Source: a virus. Taken from it: a stretch of 64,000 bases of DNA. Below are positions 44,345 to 53,640 of the stretch, in pieces. How positions within the stretch are numbered: the first letter of the stretch is position 1; the number at the start of each line of letters is the position of its first letter. A model generated the notes under the pieces. It did no database searches. It had not been told where the DNA came from and saw only the letters and a program-made list of their open reading frames with translations. The stretch is from positions 42,198-106,197 of IMG/VR virus record IMGVR_UViG_3300035698_017294. One strand, written 5' to 3'. The position numbers and the translations under genes were made by a program.

Positions 44345-44632
44345 CTACCCCTTTTCGTTGTTTTCCTCATCCTTCGACGGATGTTCGATGTTCCCGATAG
44401 CTGCGCTACTAGCTTCGATTGTTTGCTCAACCTTATCAATTTCCGTGGTCAGCCCCAGGTTCTCGGCGACGTCATTTAATACTTCTTTTTTCGCCTCCAA
44501 AACCTTACGCTTATCTTTGACAACAGCGTTTTTCGTTTTACGCTTGCGATATTTGTCCCACTTGTCCCACGCTGCAACAGCGCCAAACACAATTATCAAA
44601 ACCGCAAGAATCCGCAGTACGGTAAAAATCAA
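44345..44632 (-). CDS. small membrane-anchored coiled-coil protein
   Basis: N-terminal TM helix; directly upstream of the SPFH gene. Confidence 0.65.
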   Translation of the reverse strand: MIFTVLRILAVLIIVFGAVAAWDKWDKYRKRKTKNAVVKDKRKVLEAKKEVLNDVAENLGLTTEIDKVEQTIEASSAAIGNIEHPSKDEENNEKG

Positions 44633-44865
44633 TTCAATCTCCCATCACTGGTTAATCGTGTATTTCCCATTTCTTCAATTAATTCACCCTTCATCATAGA
44701 CCCGGGATTTAGCCATTCAAAATCGCCAAATACCTTTCTCGCGGCTTCCGTTACCGCCGTGTCACGGAATACCACTTCGCCGCAGTGTGGGCAAACGTGG
44801 TTCTCCCCAACATCTGATAGCGTCATGATGCTGCAGCATTTCGGGCAGGTTTTCCTCTTTGTCAT
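44629..44865 (-). CDS. zinc-ribbon protein
   Basis: CPKC...CPHCG; AGGAG RBS. Confidence 0.65.
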   Translation of the reverse strand: MTKRKTCPKCCSIMTLSDVGENHVCPHCGEVVFRDTAVTEAARKVFGDFEWLNPGSMMKGELIEEMGNTRLTSDGRLN

Positions 44866-44891
44866 AGCTGGTTCTCCTGTTGTTTGTAAAA

Positions 44892-44965
44892 TGGACCCAC
44901 CTGGACTCGAACCAGGGACCCGCGCTTTATGAGAGCGCCGCTCTAACCAGCTGAGCTATGAGTCC
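44892..44965 (-). tRNA. tRNA(CAT), probably Ile2, possibly elongator Met
   Basis: GCGCT-CTCATAA-AGCGC; C4:G69, A73. Confidence 0.88.
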
Positions 44966-44990
44966 TAAATGTAATCGTTAAACTTAGATA

Positions 44991-45000
44991 TCTTATACCA
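44991..45000 (-). promoter_or_regulatory. recurrent TGGTATAAGA motif
   Basis: 25 nt upstream of tRNA(CAT). Confidence 0.55.
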
Positions 45001-45002
45001 TT

Positions 45003-45221
45003 TTATTTGATATTTTCATCTTCTTTGGTGATGTAAGTAATTAATTGCTCAAACATATTTGTAAACCCGCCAACTATATTTTGGGGTACTATACCCGCAG
45101 ACACCAGTTCATTAATTTCAGCTAGCTCTTTGATATATTCAGCTGCATCCAAATGGCCTTCAATTTCTTCATGATCGTCTTCTTCCGACGGGTCGTATTC
45201 TGCATATTTATCTTTTTCCAT
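45003..45221 (-). CDS. acidic hypothetical protein
   Basis: ORF track; operon packing. Confidence 0.55.
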   Translation of the reverse strand: MEKDKYAEYDPSEEDDHEEIEGHLDAAEYIKELAEINELVSAGIVPQNIVGGFTNMFEQLITYITKEDENIK

Positions 45222-45224
45222 ACG

Positions 45225-45515
45225 TTACCCCATGTACTTTTCTATTAATATAATCGTGAGCTCGGTGCCAGTTGTATTCCAATTTACACGTGTGAGAATA
45301 TTATATTCACAAAGCAGGTTTCTAAGATTTTGTATCACGGCTAGTTCGTGGTAATCTGCTACACCATGTAACCCCTCCTCGGTGGGTAATCCGCCTACCC
45401 GGAATACATTGTCCTTAATTTTTACTACTCGCCCTATCTCGCTAAGCTCACTCATCACTAAATCTTCAAACGAGACATACCCTTCAATATAATCCCCGTA
45501 TTCGTTTATAACCAT
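45225..45515 (-). CDS. hypothetical protein
   Basis: ORF track; N-terminus resembles that of 45506-45820 (EYG.Y.E.Y...ED.V). Confidence 0.55.
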   Translation of the reverse strand: MVINEYGDYIEGYVSFEDLVMSELSEIGRVVKIKDNVFRVGGLPTEEGLHGVADYHELAVIQNLRNLLCEYNILTRVNWNTTGTELTIILIEKYMG

Positions 45516-45820
45516 GGCAGTGGCTCCATATCATAAAATCCATGAATGATTAATTCGGTAGGCCTATCATATTCATACCCTGAGTAAGCAAATCCTATTT
45601 GTATTCTGTACCCTTTGAGTAGCGTATCTTCAAATTCATCAAATATTTTCCGTTGCTTTTTTGTAAATCCAGCCTGTATCTCGGTTAAAGGTATGATAAA
45701 TTCTTTATTTTTCCCTCCAGCATATCTATAATCGCCCAGTAAGCCTAAATAAAAAAGCACCACATCCTCAGGTGGGATGTAGTGCTCGGTGTAATTTCCG
45801 TATTCGCTTTCGTGTGTCAT
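45506..45820 (-). CDS. hypothetical protein
   Basis: ORF track; possible paralog of the neighbour. Confidence 0.55.
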   Translation of the reverse strand: MTHESEYGNYTEHYIPPEDVVLFYLGLLGDYRYAGGKNKEFIIPLTEIQAGFTKKQRKIFDEFEDTLLKGYRIQIGFAYSGYEYDRPTELIIHGFYDMEPLPWL

Positions 45821-46014
45821 GTCATTAATCTATCCGCTATCGTTATCCAGTCCATTTCACCGGACTCTGCTAAGTGTGGAATCGTCTCTTTAATGAAATC
45901 CTCTAACTCTATTGCAAGTATCGTAGTATCTCCGTCGGCAGATATTCGCATGTCGTCCATACAGTCATAGTAGTTAGTGGTCAGCTCGTCGTATACAACC
46001 TGTTCTAAATCCAT
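45817..46014 (-). CDS. acidic hypothetical protein
   Basis: AAGGAG RBS; ATGA overlap. Confidence 0.55.
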   Translation of the reverse strand: MDLEQVVYDELTTNYYDCMDDMRISADGDTTILAIELEDFIKETIPHLAESGEMDWITIADRLMT

Positions 46015-46026
46015 TATAAGGCTCCT

Positions 46027-49000
46027 TTAGCATAATGAGAGTCCACATTGTGGGCACATTGTGCAACCTTCTTGCATTATCATTTGTGATCCACAGGACT
46101 CACATATTTTATTGGTTTGTGTACCATTCGGGATGTAGGATTTGAGTAGTTTGTTAAGTATAAAAATAAATGAACCTAGCGGCACTTCTGCCGTGTCTAC
46201 TGCATCCGTTATTTCCGTTATCGATACGTTGTGTCGCAATAGCAGCCCCAACATCCGACATATACGTTCTATGTTCGATTGGTGGTAGCTCTTTGTTTCC
46301 AGCTCTTTAATGTAGGGTTTTAGGAACTTACGTTTATGTGCTACCTTCCTTAGCAAGTCTAGCGTCTCCTTTGTAACAACTGTTTTTTCCGTGGAGTTAG
46401 TATGCGTGAATACAGCTATTGGCTTTTCTTTGTTAGACGTCGGAAATGCTAGTATCACGTACCATTTCTTATTTTCTGATTTAATTAAGTGACCTCGTGC
46501 ATGGAATGTCTCTGGAAACTTTACATTATACAGAATCTCCAGCTCTTCGTGCTCCTTCTTGGATAAAGTTTCCATAACAGTTGTCATGGTTCCCGCTCTG
46601 TATGTCGTAAGTCCCTTAATGCCTTTATCGTATGCTTTCATGTAGAAGTCGGAGAAATCATCAAAAGTAAAGCTAGCAGGAATGTTAACGGTTTTAGACA
46701 TACCAAGATGCAGGTATTTGTATATAACCTCCATAACCGACAAGTGCTCATCAATGCTTAGGTCTTCTGCGCCAGCATAAACTCCTTCATCGTTTAATTC
46801 CATCATACGACCAATTTCTACATTGTCAAGAACCCATTCCCACCCATAATCACGAATCGATTCTGCTTTGGTCATCCCACGATTTTTATCTATTTCATAA
46901 TTAACGCTGCCATATCGACAGGTTAGCACCTCTTCATCACCGCGTAGTTCCAGTTTAAAATCATCTGTTTCAAACCACTCGCCTTTTTTGGCGTCGGGGA
47001 ATTTTAAGTCGTCATATAGTAAGCCAGCAATATCCCCGTCGGTTACCGTGACCCATCTTGTATATTCTTTGCAGAACACAGGCTCTCCGCCTCCAGACAT
47101 TAGCCGCGCTAGTATGCCAGTATTTCCAGTAGGTGCCAATGTAGTAAGGTGTGAATTCCGTAGCCCGTGCTTTTTCATACCCCCTTCTAGGGCTGCTTTA
47201 GTTGCTGCAGGTAGAGGTAATGCTTTCCAGTAGTCTGTATTTATGTATTCATCATAATCAAAGTGCTCAAATTGGCCCTTTTCCTTAGCCAATAATACTG
47301 AGGCCGCGTACGAGTGATAAGTTATCCATTCGTATATTTCTTCTAACAGTTCCAGGAATTTAGGAGAGCCGTATCGTAAGCCCGCCATGAAGCCCAAAGA
47401 TCCCAGACCCATAACGCCAAGGCCTATACGTCGGAACGCCAGAGAGGCCGTTTCTAGCTCTTTCAGGGGATATGTAGTTATGTCCAGTATATTGTCTAAG
47501 AATCGTACCATTATGGGTATATCGCGGGCCAGCTTTGCGAAATCAAAAATACTTGATTTTGAGTCCCAGTAAGCCGGTAAATTGATGGAGCCAAGATCGC
47601 ATACTCCTGTAGCCATAGGCACCTCACCACACTGTAAACTATTTATATAATGCGTGAACTTTTTTTCAACTCCTTCAACTTTACATGCAGTAAAAAAGTT
47701 ATGAAAGTCATCTACGGTTCCATTATAAACATCTTCTTTGCCAACATGTGTGACTGAAACCACTCTGTGATTGAAATTAACAGCAGCTTCTTGTAAAGCC
47801 CTATAAGTTGGGAATGGGGAAGTCTTTCCAAACCTAATTGGTACTTTATTTTCTTTGCACAGTTCTTCGAATTCCACTTTCATAGGATTTTTTTTTAATT
47901 TAAATTTAAGGTCGGTATAAAGCTTTAGTTGCGCTTGCCTCGCATTTTGTTTATACTTTTCCTTTTCTATGCGTTGGCCACATGTAGCGGAGCAAACGCC
48001 CTGTTCGCGTCTAGTATAAGTTACATTGAAAGAACTGCCACACAATTCGCATTTTTTATTTATCCTAACTTGATTCCTTTCATCAAAATAAGCATCATAC
48101 CCAGAGGCAAGCGCCTCCTTATAAGTAAGTAATGCCTTTTGACCGACTTCATCAAAAGATTCAAAACCGGCGTCAAGTGCAGCCCATTTGGCTAATCCAT
48201 CTATAGCGCCTAGATGATTTACTCGCCAATCGGAAAATTTTTGTGGCAATCCATGTTCTTTTGCATAGGCCCACCATTCGCGACTACCAAAACGACGACC
48301 TTCTTGTTTTGTGAGTATTACAGCATGTTTTTTCAAGTCCTCGTTAGTGTATCCAGAATAACGTCCATTGCCTGACCCGGAAACCGACTCAGACATATTA
48401 TCATGGTATCTTTGTTTCTCTTCGTCACTGGCATTTTTATACCAACGGTTCATTGGATTCTTTTCACCGCGCATATCTTCGCCGTGCAACTTATCATGCG
48501 CTTGTTTGGTCATCATTTCTAAATTAGCCGGCCTATTATTTTGGGCATTTCGGTCCTTATGGTGGATTACATGCGCAGCTGGAATACTCTCTAAATTATT
48601 ATGAAATTGGCAGATGAACCTATGCTCTGCACAATGAGTTTTTTTATCTCCGTTCTGAAGCCAAATGTATTCTTGAGAATTAGAATTTGCTCCTGGAAAA
48701 ATTCCTTTAATGGTTTTAAAAGATTTCGTTACAATACTTAAACTATCTCCAGGAATCAATTTAGCAGCTTCGCGGTAATCGCCGGAAGTCAATTTAAATT
48801 TGTGATTTTTTGTAACACGTGTTTTACTGCCATCATCTAATAGTACTTCGTAGATATCCTCATGCCCCGTAAATCTAGGATGTCGCATATATCTAATTGC
48901 AATTCTATCTTTATCATCATAGCAGAATACTGGAACGTCTTTGCCGTCGTCTACGAGAGTTTTTATTGGTACATTTCCACGACCGTCTGCTGTATATACC

Positions 49001-49947
49001 AGAGTATCCCCAGTGATACATGGGTTAGTTTGGAAAACCTTTTCCGCGTAACTCATCGGATTCATTTTGTTTACTATATCTAAAAATAAAATGCCCGGTT
49101 CATTGCGAGTGTATGAAGCTGTCATTAGCATATCATACAGTTCCTTGGCCTTTATAGTTTCGTATACGATAACTGGATAACCTTTAGCATGCCATAATTC
49201 TAGGTCCCCGTTCCATTCTTCCTCATACTGCTCATACGTAGTATCCGGATAAACCAGATCCCAGTCTTTATCATCTTTTACACATTGCATGAAGCCATCT
49301 GTGACACCTACAGACATGTTGAACTTTGTTAGAAAGTCCTTTTTCAGTTTCGCATTTATAAAGTCCTTGATGTCGGGATGCCATATACTCAGCACGAACA
49401 TCATGGCACCTTTGCGTAGTTTCTTTTTAAGGTCGGTGCGCTCTGCGTCACGATCTAATTTCGCTTCGCCGCCACCACGTGTGATGACTGCGGACACCTT
49501 ATCCCATATCTCTGCAAAGGCAACTGGGCCAGGAGTTGTGGATTTAATGCCCTCAATAACAGTACCAGAAGGCCGCAGATAAGACAGGTTAGTTCCGTAA
49601 CCAGCTTCACTCTTTAGTATGTGGGCTGCCATCTTAATCTGATTGAAGATATTTTCCAAGCTGTCTACATCTTTTATCCCATTGTCGGCTGGATGCATTG
49701 TAGTACAGTTAATAAGTGTTGTGTTCTTGTAGGTTGTGCCGGCATTTGCAATTATGCGGCCACCGGGGATAAATGGTTTTAGTGTTGGTGATAATATATT
49801 TAAAAACGAGTTATATGCTTGTTCTTTTTGCTCAGGAAGTTCTGCTGTTGCCGCAGCGTGTGCTACACGTTCCCAAGTCTGTTCTTCTGATTCACCGTTG
49901 AATCTATAATTAGTGTCCCACAGTTCGTGCGGCAAATTACTTGTCAT
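46027..49947 (-). CDS. nrdJ: class II (AdoCbl-dependent) ribonucleotide reductase with intein
   Basis: PGGRIIANAG, LINC, NEPG, TNP|...|CGE, CDLGSINL, RRIGLG, APTG, TTYR, C-terminal Zn ribbon. Confidence 0.9.
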   Translation of the reverse strand: MTSNLPHELWDTNYRFNGESEEQTWERVAHAAATAELPEQKEQAYNSFLNILSPTLKPFIPGGRIIANAGTTYKNTTLINCTTMHPADNGIKDVDSLENIFNQIKMAAHILKSEAGYGTNLSYLRPSGTVIEGIKSTTPGPVAFAEIWDKVSAVITRGGGEAKLDRDAERTDLKKKLRKGAMMFVLSIWHPDIKDFINAKLKKDFLTKFNMSVGVTDGFMQCVKDDKDWDLVYPDTTYEQYEEEWNGDLELWHAKGYPVIVYETIKAKELYDMLMTASYTRNEPGILFLDIVNKMNPMSYAEKVFQTNPCITGDTLVYTADGRGNVPIKTLVDDGKDVPVFCYDDKDRIAIRYMRHPRFTGHEDIYEVLLDDGSKTRVTKNHKFKLTSGDYREAAKLIPGDSLSIVTKSFKTIKGIFPGANSNSQEYIWLQNGDKKTHCAEHRFICQFHNNLESIPAAHVIHHKDRNAQNNRPANLEMMTKQAHDKLHGEDMRGEKNPMNRWYKNASDEEKQRYHDNMSESVSGSGNGRYSGYTNEDLKKHAVILTKQEGRRFGSREWWAYAKEHGLPQKFSDWRVNHLGAIDGLAKWAALDAGFESFDEVGQKALLTYKEALASGYDAYFDERNQVRINKKCELCGSSFNVTYTRREQGVCSATCGQRIEKEKYKQNARQAQLKLYTDLKFKLKKNPMKVEFEELCKENKVPIRFGKTSPFPTYRALQEAAVNFNHRVVSVTHVGKEDVYNGTVDDFHNFFTACKVEGVEKKFTHYINSLQCGEVPMATGVCDLGSINLPAYWDSKSSIFDFAKLARDIPIMVRFLDNILDITTYPLKELETASLAFRRIGLGVMGLGSLGFMAGLRYGSPKFLELLEEIYEWITYHSYAASVLLAKEKGQFEHFDYDEYINTDYWKALPLPAATKAALEGGMKKHGLRNSHLTTLAPTGNTGILARLMSGGGEPVFCKEYTRWVTVTDGDIAGLLYDDLKFPDAKKGEWFETDDFKLELRGDEEVLTCRYGSVNYEIDKNRGMTKAESIRDYGWEWVLDNVEIGRMMELNDEGVYAGAEDLSIDEHLSVMEVIYKYLHLGMSKTVNIPASFTFDDFSDFYMKAYDKGIKGLTTYRAGTMTTVMETLSKKEHEELEILYNVKFPETFHARGHLIKSENKKWYVILAFPTSNKEKPIAVFTHTNSTEKTVVTKETLDLLRKVAHKRKFLKPYIKELETKSYHQSNIERICRMLGLLLRHNVSITEITDAVDTAEVPLGSFIFILNKLLKSYIPNGTQTNKICESCGSQMIMQEGCTMCPQCGLSLC
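47632..49020 (-). mobile_element. 463-aa intein with HNH endonuclease, ending in Gln
   Basis: Starts CITGDTLV, block B TKNH, HHKDRNAQNNRPANL, block F VYNGTVDDFHNF, ends SLQ|C. Confidence 0.9.
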
Positions 49948-50237
49948 CTAGTCTCCTGTTTGATTGCGGCGCGTAAGGCATTCAGTGGTGTGTCACCTTC
50001 TCCGCTAAAAGACTTTTCTTTGGAGTATGATAGTGACGGAATACACGCGAAAAAAAGCCCAGTGTCGGGCTTCTGTGTTATAGTAATTTGGTTAAGTAGT
50101 ATTTGCAATTCGCCGTCGTGTAACACATCATTATCTATGTATGCCAACGGCCGATCAAATTTATATTCATCAATAAAAAAAGGGAGGCACCCGTAAGTGC
50201 CCCCGTTCTGCAATTTATTGAAAGGATGGATCTTCAA
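49944..50237 (-). CDS. hypothetical protein
   Basis: ATGA overlap with nrdJ. Confidence 0.55.
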   Translation of the reverse strand: MKIHPFNKLQNGGTYGCLPFFIDEYKFDRPLAYIDNDVLHDGELQILLNQITITQKPDTGLFFACIPSLSYSKEKSFSGEGDTPLNALRAAIKQETR

Positions 50238-50670
50238 GTGGACTCACAGGTGTTGTTGGAAAATCGATATCTATATCGAAACTAATGCCGTCCATATCTT
50301 CAATGCCTTTGTAATCTGATACCTGGTTACGTTCCCCAGAAATCCCTACAAATACACTGAACTCTGCTCCCATCAGCGGATCAGCGATATCTTTTGCTTC
50401 CATTCCATCTCCTAATAGATCTTTTTTATCCATGGCCTCATAAACCATAATTACTTTCCATAGGGTCTTGGGGGTAAGTACTAGGTTATCAAAAACCTTA
50501 CGACCGTGGAATGGTCCTTCATTTCCTACTTGATAGGTGATGGAGATCATTTCATTATCGTTAGTGGATGTTCTAAGTTCTGTCTTTATTACCTTCACCG
50601 CATAACGGTCTTCGGGTAACGGTTCAAACTTACCGGTCTTCTTCTTTTCGGCTTCGAAATCATAACTCAT
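50215..50670 (-). CDS. DUF669-type ssDNA-binding protein
   Basis: FEPLPEDRY...GRKVFDNL, acidic tail; follows the Sak4-like gene. Confidence 0.75.
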   Translation of the reverse strand: MSYDFEAEKKKTGKFEPLPEDRYAVKVIKTELRTSTNDNEMISITYQVGNEGPFHGRKVFDNLVLTPKTLWKVIMVYEAMDKKDLLGDGMEAKDIADPLMGAEFSVFVGISGERNQVSDYKGIEDMDGISFDIDIDFPTTPVSPLEDPSFQ

Positions 50671-51623
50671 GCATCGTCCTCTTCTTTATCAGTGATCATT
50701 TGATTTAAATCGACAATTAGCAGTTCAGCTTCGTCGTCTTTAAGATCTAATACAGAGGATACCGCATAATCTTCATTCAACTTGGAGGTCAGTAACTGGT
50801 CATCGCCTAATAGTGTTTTTAAGTTTTGAATCTTTACAATGTTCTCGCCGGTTATTCCGGCAGTTAGCTTGTCTTTGCCATTAAGCTTAGTTACAAAGTC
50901 ACGATTCCCTGACTGCGCAAGCGCTCTTTGGCCAGCTGCGGTATCAACGTCACGATAAATAACGTCTTTACCAAAATATGTTTCCAATGCTTCGAACGAG
51001 TAATCAAAATCGTCGGGCAGTTTATTTGTTCTGTCTTTGATCACATGTGCGGTGATACGGCCATCACGGTGCTTGGTAAGCTCTATAACTGTATCAAAGA
51101 TGAACGGCCAGTCCTTTGGACATTCTGGCTTAGTTCCAATAACTTTCATGAAATCGCCGCTACTAGTATCGGAACTGTATTCAACTTTATCGCGTGCTGT
51201 TACAACAACATTTAAATCCACATCCAGTAGCTTGGTAGAGATACTTTTCGTGTCGGCTTTAATTGCCTTATAATCTAACGGCTGTAAGGTGTAAGTTGAA
51301 TCACCCTTTTTAACCCGCAGGCGCTTCAAATGTGTTTCCTGCAAGAAATCCCAATACATGGATGCTGAATCTAATACAATGGTTTTGAAATCTTGTGGAT
51401 CATTTACAATCTCTTCAACAGCTTTGTGCACTTTTCTAATGTCGGTTGTAACTGATGACTCGAAGTCAAATTCCTCCGTATAGTGGATGGTCCCTTTCTC
51501 CATGTCAATTACAGCAGGCTTAGGCATTTGTAATGCAGACCTAGTTTTCCAGGTGCCGGTTCCTCCATAAATCAGGAGCTTTAATTTTCGGTTGGTTGTT
51601 GGTGGTTTAGAAAATAAACTCAT
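50667..51623 (-). CDS. AAA_24/Sak4-like NTP-binding recombination protein
   Basis: LLIYGGTGTWKT, IDMEKG, IVLDS, KDRT. Confidence 0.85.
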   Translation of the reverse strand: MSLFSKPPTTNRKLKLLIYGGTGTWKTRSALQMPKPAVIDMEKGTIHYTEEFDFESSVTTDIRKVHKAVEEIVNDPQDFKTIVLDSASMYWDFLQETHLKRLRVKKGDSTYTLQPLDYKAIKADTKSISTKLLDVDLNVVVTARDKVEYSSDTSSGDFMKVIGTKPECPKDWPFIFDTVIELTKHRDGRITAHVIKDRTNKLPDDFDYSFEALETYFGKDVIYRDVDTAAGQRALAQSGNRDFVTKLNGKDKLTAGITGENIVKIQNLKTLLGDDQLLTSKLNEDYAVSSVLDLKDDEAELLIVDLNQMITDKEEDDA

Positions 51624-51642
51624 TAACCCTTAGTCCTTTATC

Positions 51643-52296
51643 TTAGCTTTTAAATGTCTCTAAGCGTTGCGCTACCTTATACGTCGTTATGACATCTTTA
51701 AGGCAATATTTGCCTATCTCATCTATTTTCCCATCTAGCCATGCATCGTATACCCCGTCTGCACGCACTTCGCCCGCCTTTGGGGATTCTAGTCCCAAAG
51801 AGACTGCCGCTATTTCTAAAGAAGTTGCTTTTCTAAACTCCCAATCGCAGAGAAGCATTTGAACATCGTAGTGGGGATCTGTTCTATATCGCGCAGTGTT
51901 CATAAAGCGATAGTTGGTTTGTTTGATCCGGTTTATTAGTGATCTTATTATAATGAAAGGTACATCAAACCGCAAGCCATTATATGAGATAAATTCGCCC
52001 TTAAAGCGTTCGCCATTTATGAATTTCCAAAAGTTGGTTAATATATCTGCTTCAGTACCCTTCATGAATACAATCTGCTCGTTTGTTAACGGGCGATAGC
52101 ATCCTATGCACACCACTTGGCCAAACCACGGGTCCGTGGAAGCAATCCGCGTCCTTAGGCCCTCTTCTGTTTCGTTATCACGCATATTCTTCTTAAATAT
52201 CTCTAATCTATCTTCCAGCTTTGCTTTATGTATGACAGACATATTTTGGTCCGGTATAGTCTCGATATCGAATGCTATAGGATCGTTAAATGCCAT
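51643..52296 (-). CDS. stand-alone DEDD 3'-5' exonuclease (PolB exo-like)
   Basis: FDIET, YNGLRFD, YCLKDV. Confidence 0.88.
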   Translation of the reverse strand: MAFNDPIAFDIETIPDQNMSVIHKAKLEDRLEIFKKNMRDNETEEGLRTRIASTDPWFGQVVCIGCYRPLTNEQIVFMKGTEADILTNFWKFINGERFKGEFISYNGLRFDVPFIIIRSLINRIKQTNYRFMNTARYRTDPHYDVQMLLCDWEFRKATSLEIAAVSLGLESPKAGEVRADGVYDAWLDGKIDEIGKYCLKDVITTYKVAQRLETFKS

Positions 52297-52643
52297 TAAA
52301 TCTCCTTTGATTGTTTAACTGTTGTGTTGATAAGATGTACTACCTTATCAATTTTCCTTAGGGCTTTTAAATTTTTACATTCCCTAATTTCTACTTCTTT
52401 GTTAATTCGTAACAGTACTTCAATCAACAAATCTAAGTCTTCTTTGATGTATCCGCACTCGACCAGTAAAAGCGGTATTCCGTTGTTTACAGATTCGCTA
52501 TAGTCAATTAGTATCCCCATTGTTGGGACTATGTAGCTCTTGATACCTCTAGATGATTTATAATTTTGCTGCTGCACTGGAGGTACCAGTTTGCCGTTTG
52601 TAATAGTCCAAACCTTTTTTCCATATGTTCTGTGAACTAACAC
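52296..52643 (-). CDS. hypothetical protein
   Basis: ORF track; operon packing. Confidence 0.55.
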   Translation of the reverse strand: MLVHRTYGKKVWTITNGKLVPPVQQQNYKSSRGIKSYIVPTMGILIDYSESVNNGIPLLLVECGYIKEDLDLLIEVLLRINKEVEIRECKNLKALRKIDKVVHLINTTVKQSKEI

Positions 52644-52645
52644 AA

Positions 52646-53449
52646 CTACTCCAATTTTATAGGGTCTTCTAACGGCGCCACTAGTGCCCGTTCAGCAAAC
52701 CCCTTACTTACTGTTTTCTCAAGTTCAGCCTTTACCAATTCTGGTGAATTGGTCCTCCGGCTGAGATGCCCTATAACGACGTTTTTCAATCCGTCCGGGC
52801 CTATCTTGTTTATTGCTTCTGCCATCTGTGTATTGCTCAAATGGCCCACAGAGCTGCGTATACGATCTTTTAGAAGCTCGTCATAGTCTAAGTACTCGCT
52901 AAGCGACAACTCGTCGTAATCGGCCTCTATGAATAATGTGTCAACGGATTCCATTTTACTGTACATTAGGCGTGATACCATTCCAGTATCTGTTAAGTAG
53001 CCTATCTTATGTCCCGTCGGTTCGTGTACAATTAAGAACCCAACAGAAAATGCACTATCGTGTTTTGTGCTGAAAGGTGTCACTTTGAAGTTATCTACTT
53101 CGAATTCTACGCCCGGCTCTATGTACTCAATGTACCCCTCATAGTCTGCGTCAAGCGTTTTCTTAGGTATACGCTCAAAGTACTTCGCTCTCTTTTCCAT
53201 AGAGATTTGGTGCACCCACACCTTTGATTTGTGTTTCGACCATATAGGCCCAATACCCTTAATGTGGTCACCATGCTCATGTGTAATTAGAATATGGCTA
53301 ATCTTGTGGCCTTTCGGCAACTTATCCAATAGCTTCGCGTTTAAAAGCTTAACACCTATTCCAGCGTCTATTAAAATTGCTGATTTATCATCATATATTA
53401 CTGTGCAGTTTGCTTCCGACGATGACAGCATTGGCCAGAGACCTAGCAT
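52646..53449 (-). CDS. metallo-beta-lactamase-fold hydrolase (YycJ/WalJ-like)
   Basis: IDAG, THEHGDH, HD, TDTG, GHLSN, HLS..TN. Confidence 0.9.
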   Translation of the reverse strand: MLGLWPMLSSSEANCTVIYDDKSAILIDAGIGVKLLNAKLLDKLPKGHKISHILITHEHGDHIKGIGPIWSKHKSKVWVHQISMEKRAKYFERIPKKTLDADYEGYIEYIEPGVEFEVDNFKVTPFSTKHDSAFSVGFLIVHEPTGHKIGYLTDTGMVSRLMYSKMESVDTLFIEADYDELSLSEYLDYDELLKDRIRSSVGHLSNTQMAEAINKIGPDGLKNVVIGHLSRRTNSPELVKAELEKTVSKGFAERALVAPLEDPIKLE

Positions 53450-53640
53450 ATTCTCTTAACCATTGTTTGTAATTCAGTCATGGTTATCTTCCTCTTTCTG
53501 TATTCCCTAGAACTGATATAGGCATATTCTTCGCCCTTATAATCCTCCTCTGGGTCACACGTGATACCAATGGACTCTATGTATACATAGGTCCCGTTTA
53601 CTAGTTCCAACTTAGTTGATATTTTAAGATTACTAATCAT
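53443..53640 (-). CDS. hypothetical protein
   Basis: ORF track; overlaps its neighbours. Confidence 0.5.
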   Translation of the reverse strand: MISNLKISTKLELVNGTYVYIESIGITCDPEEDYKGEEYAYISSREYRKRKITMTELQTMVKRIC

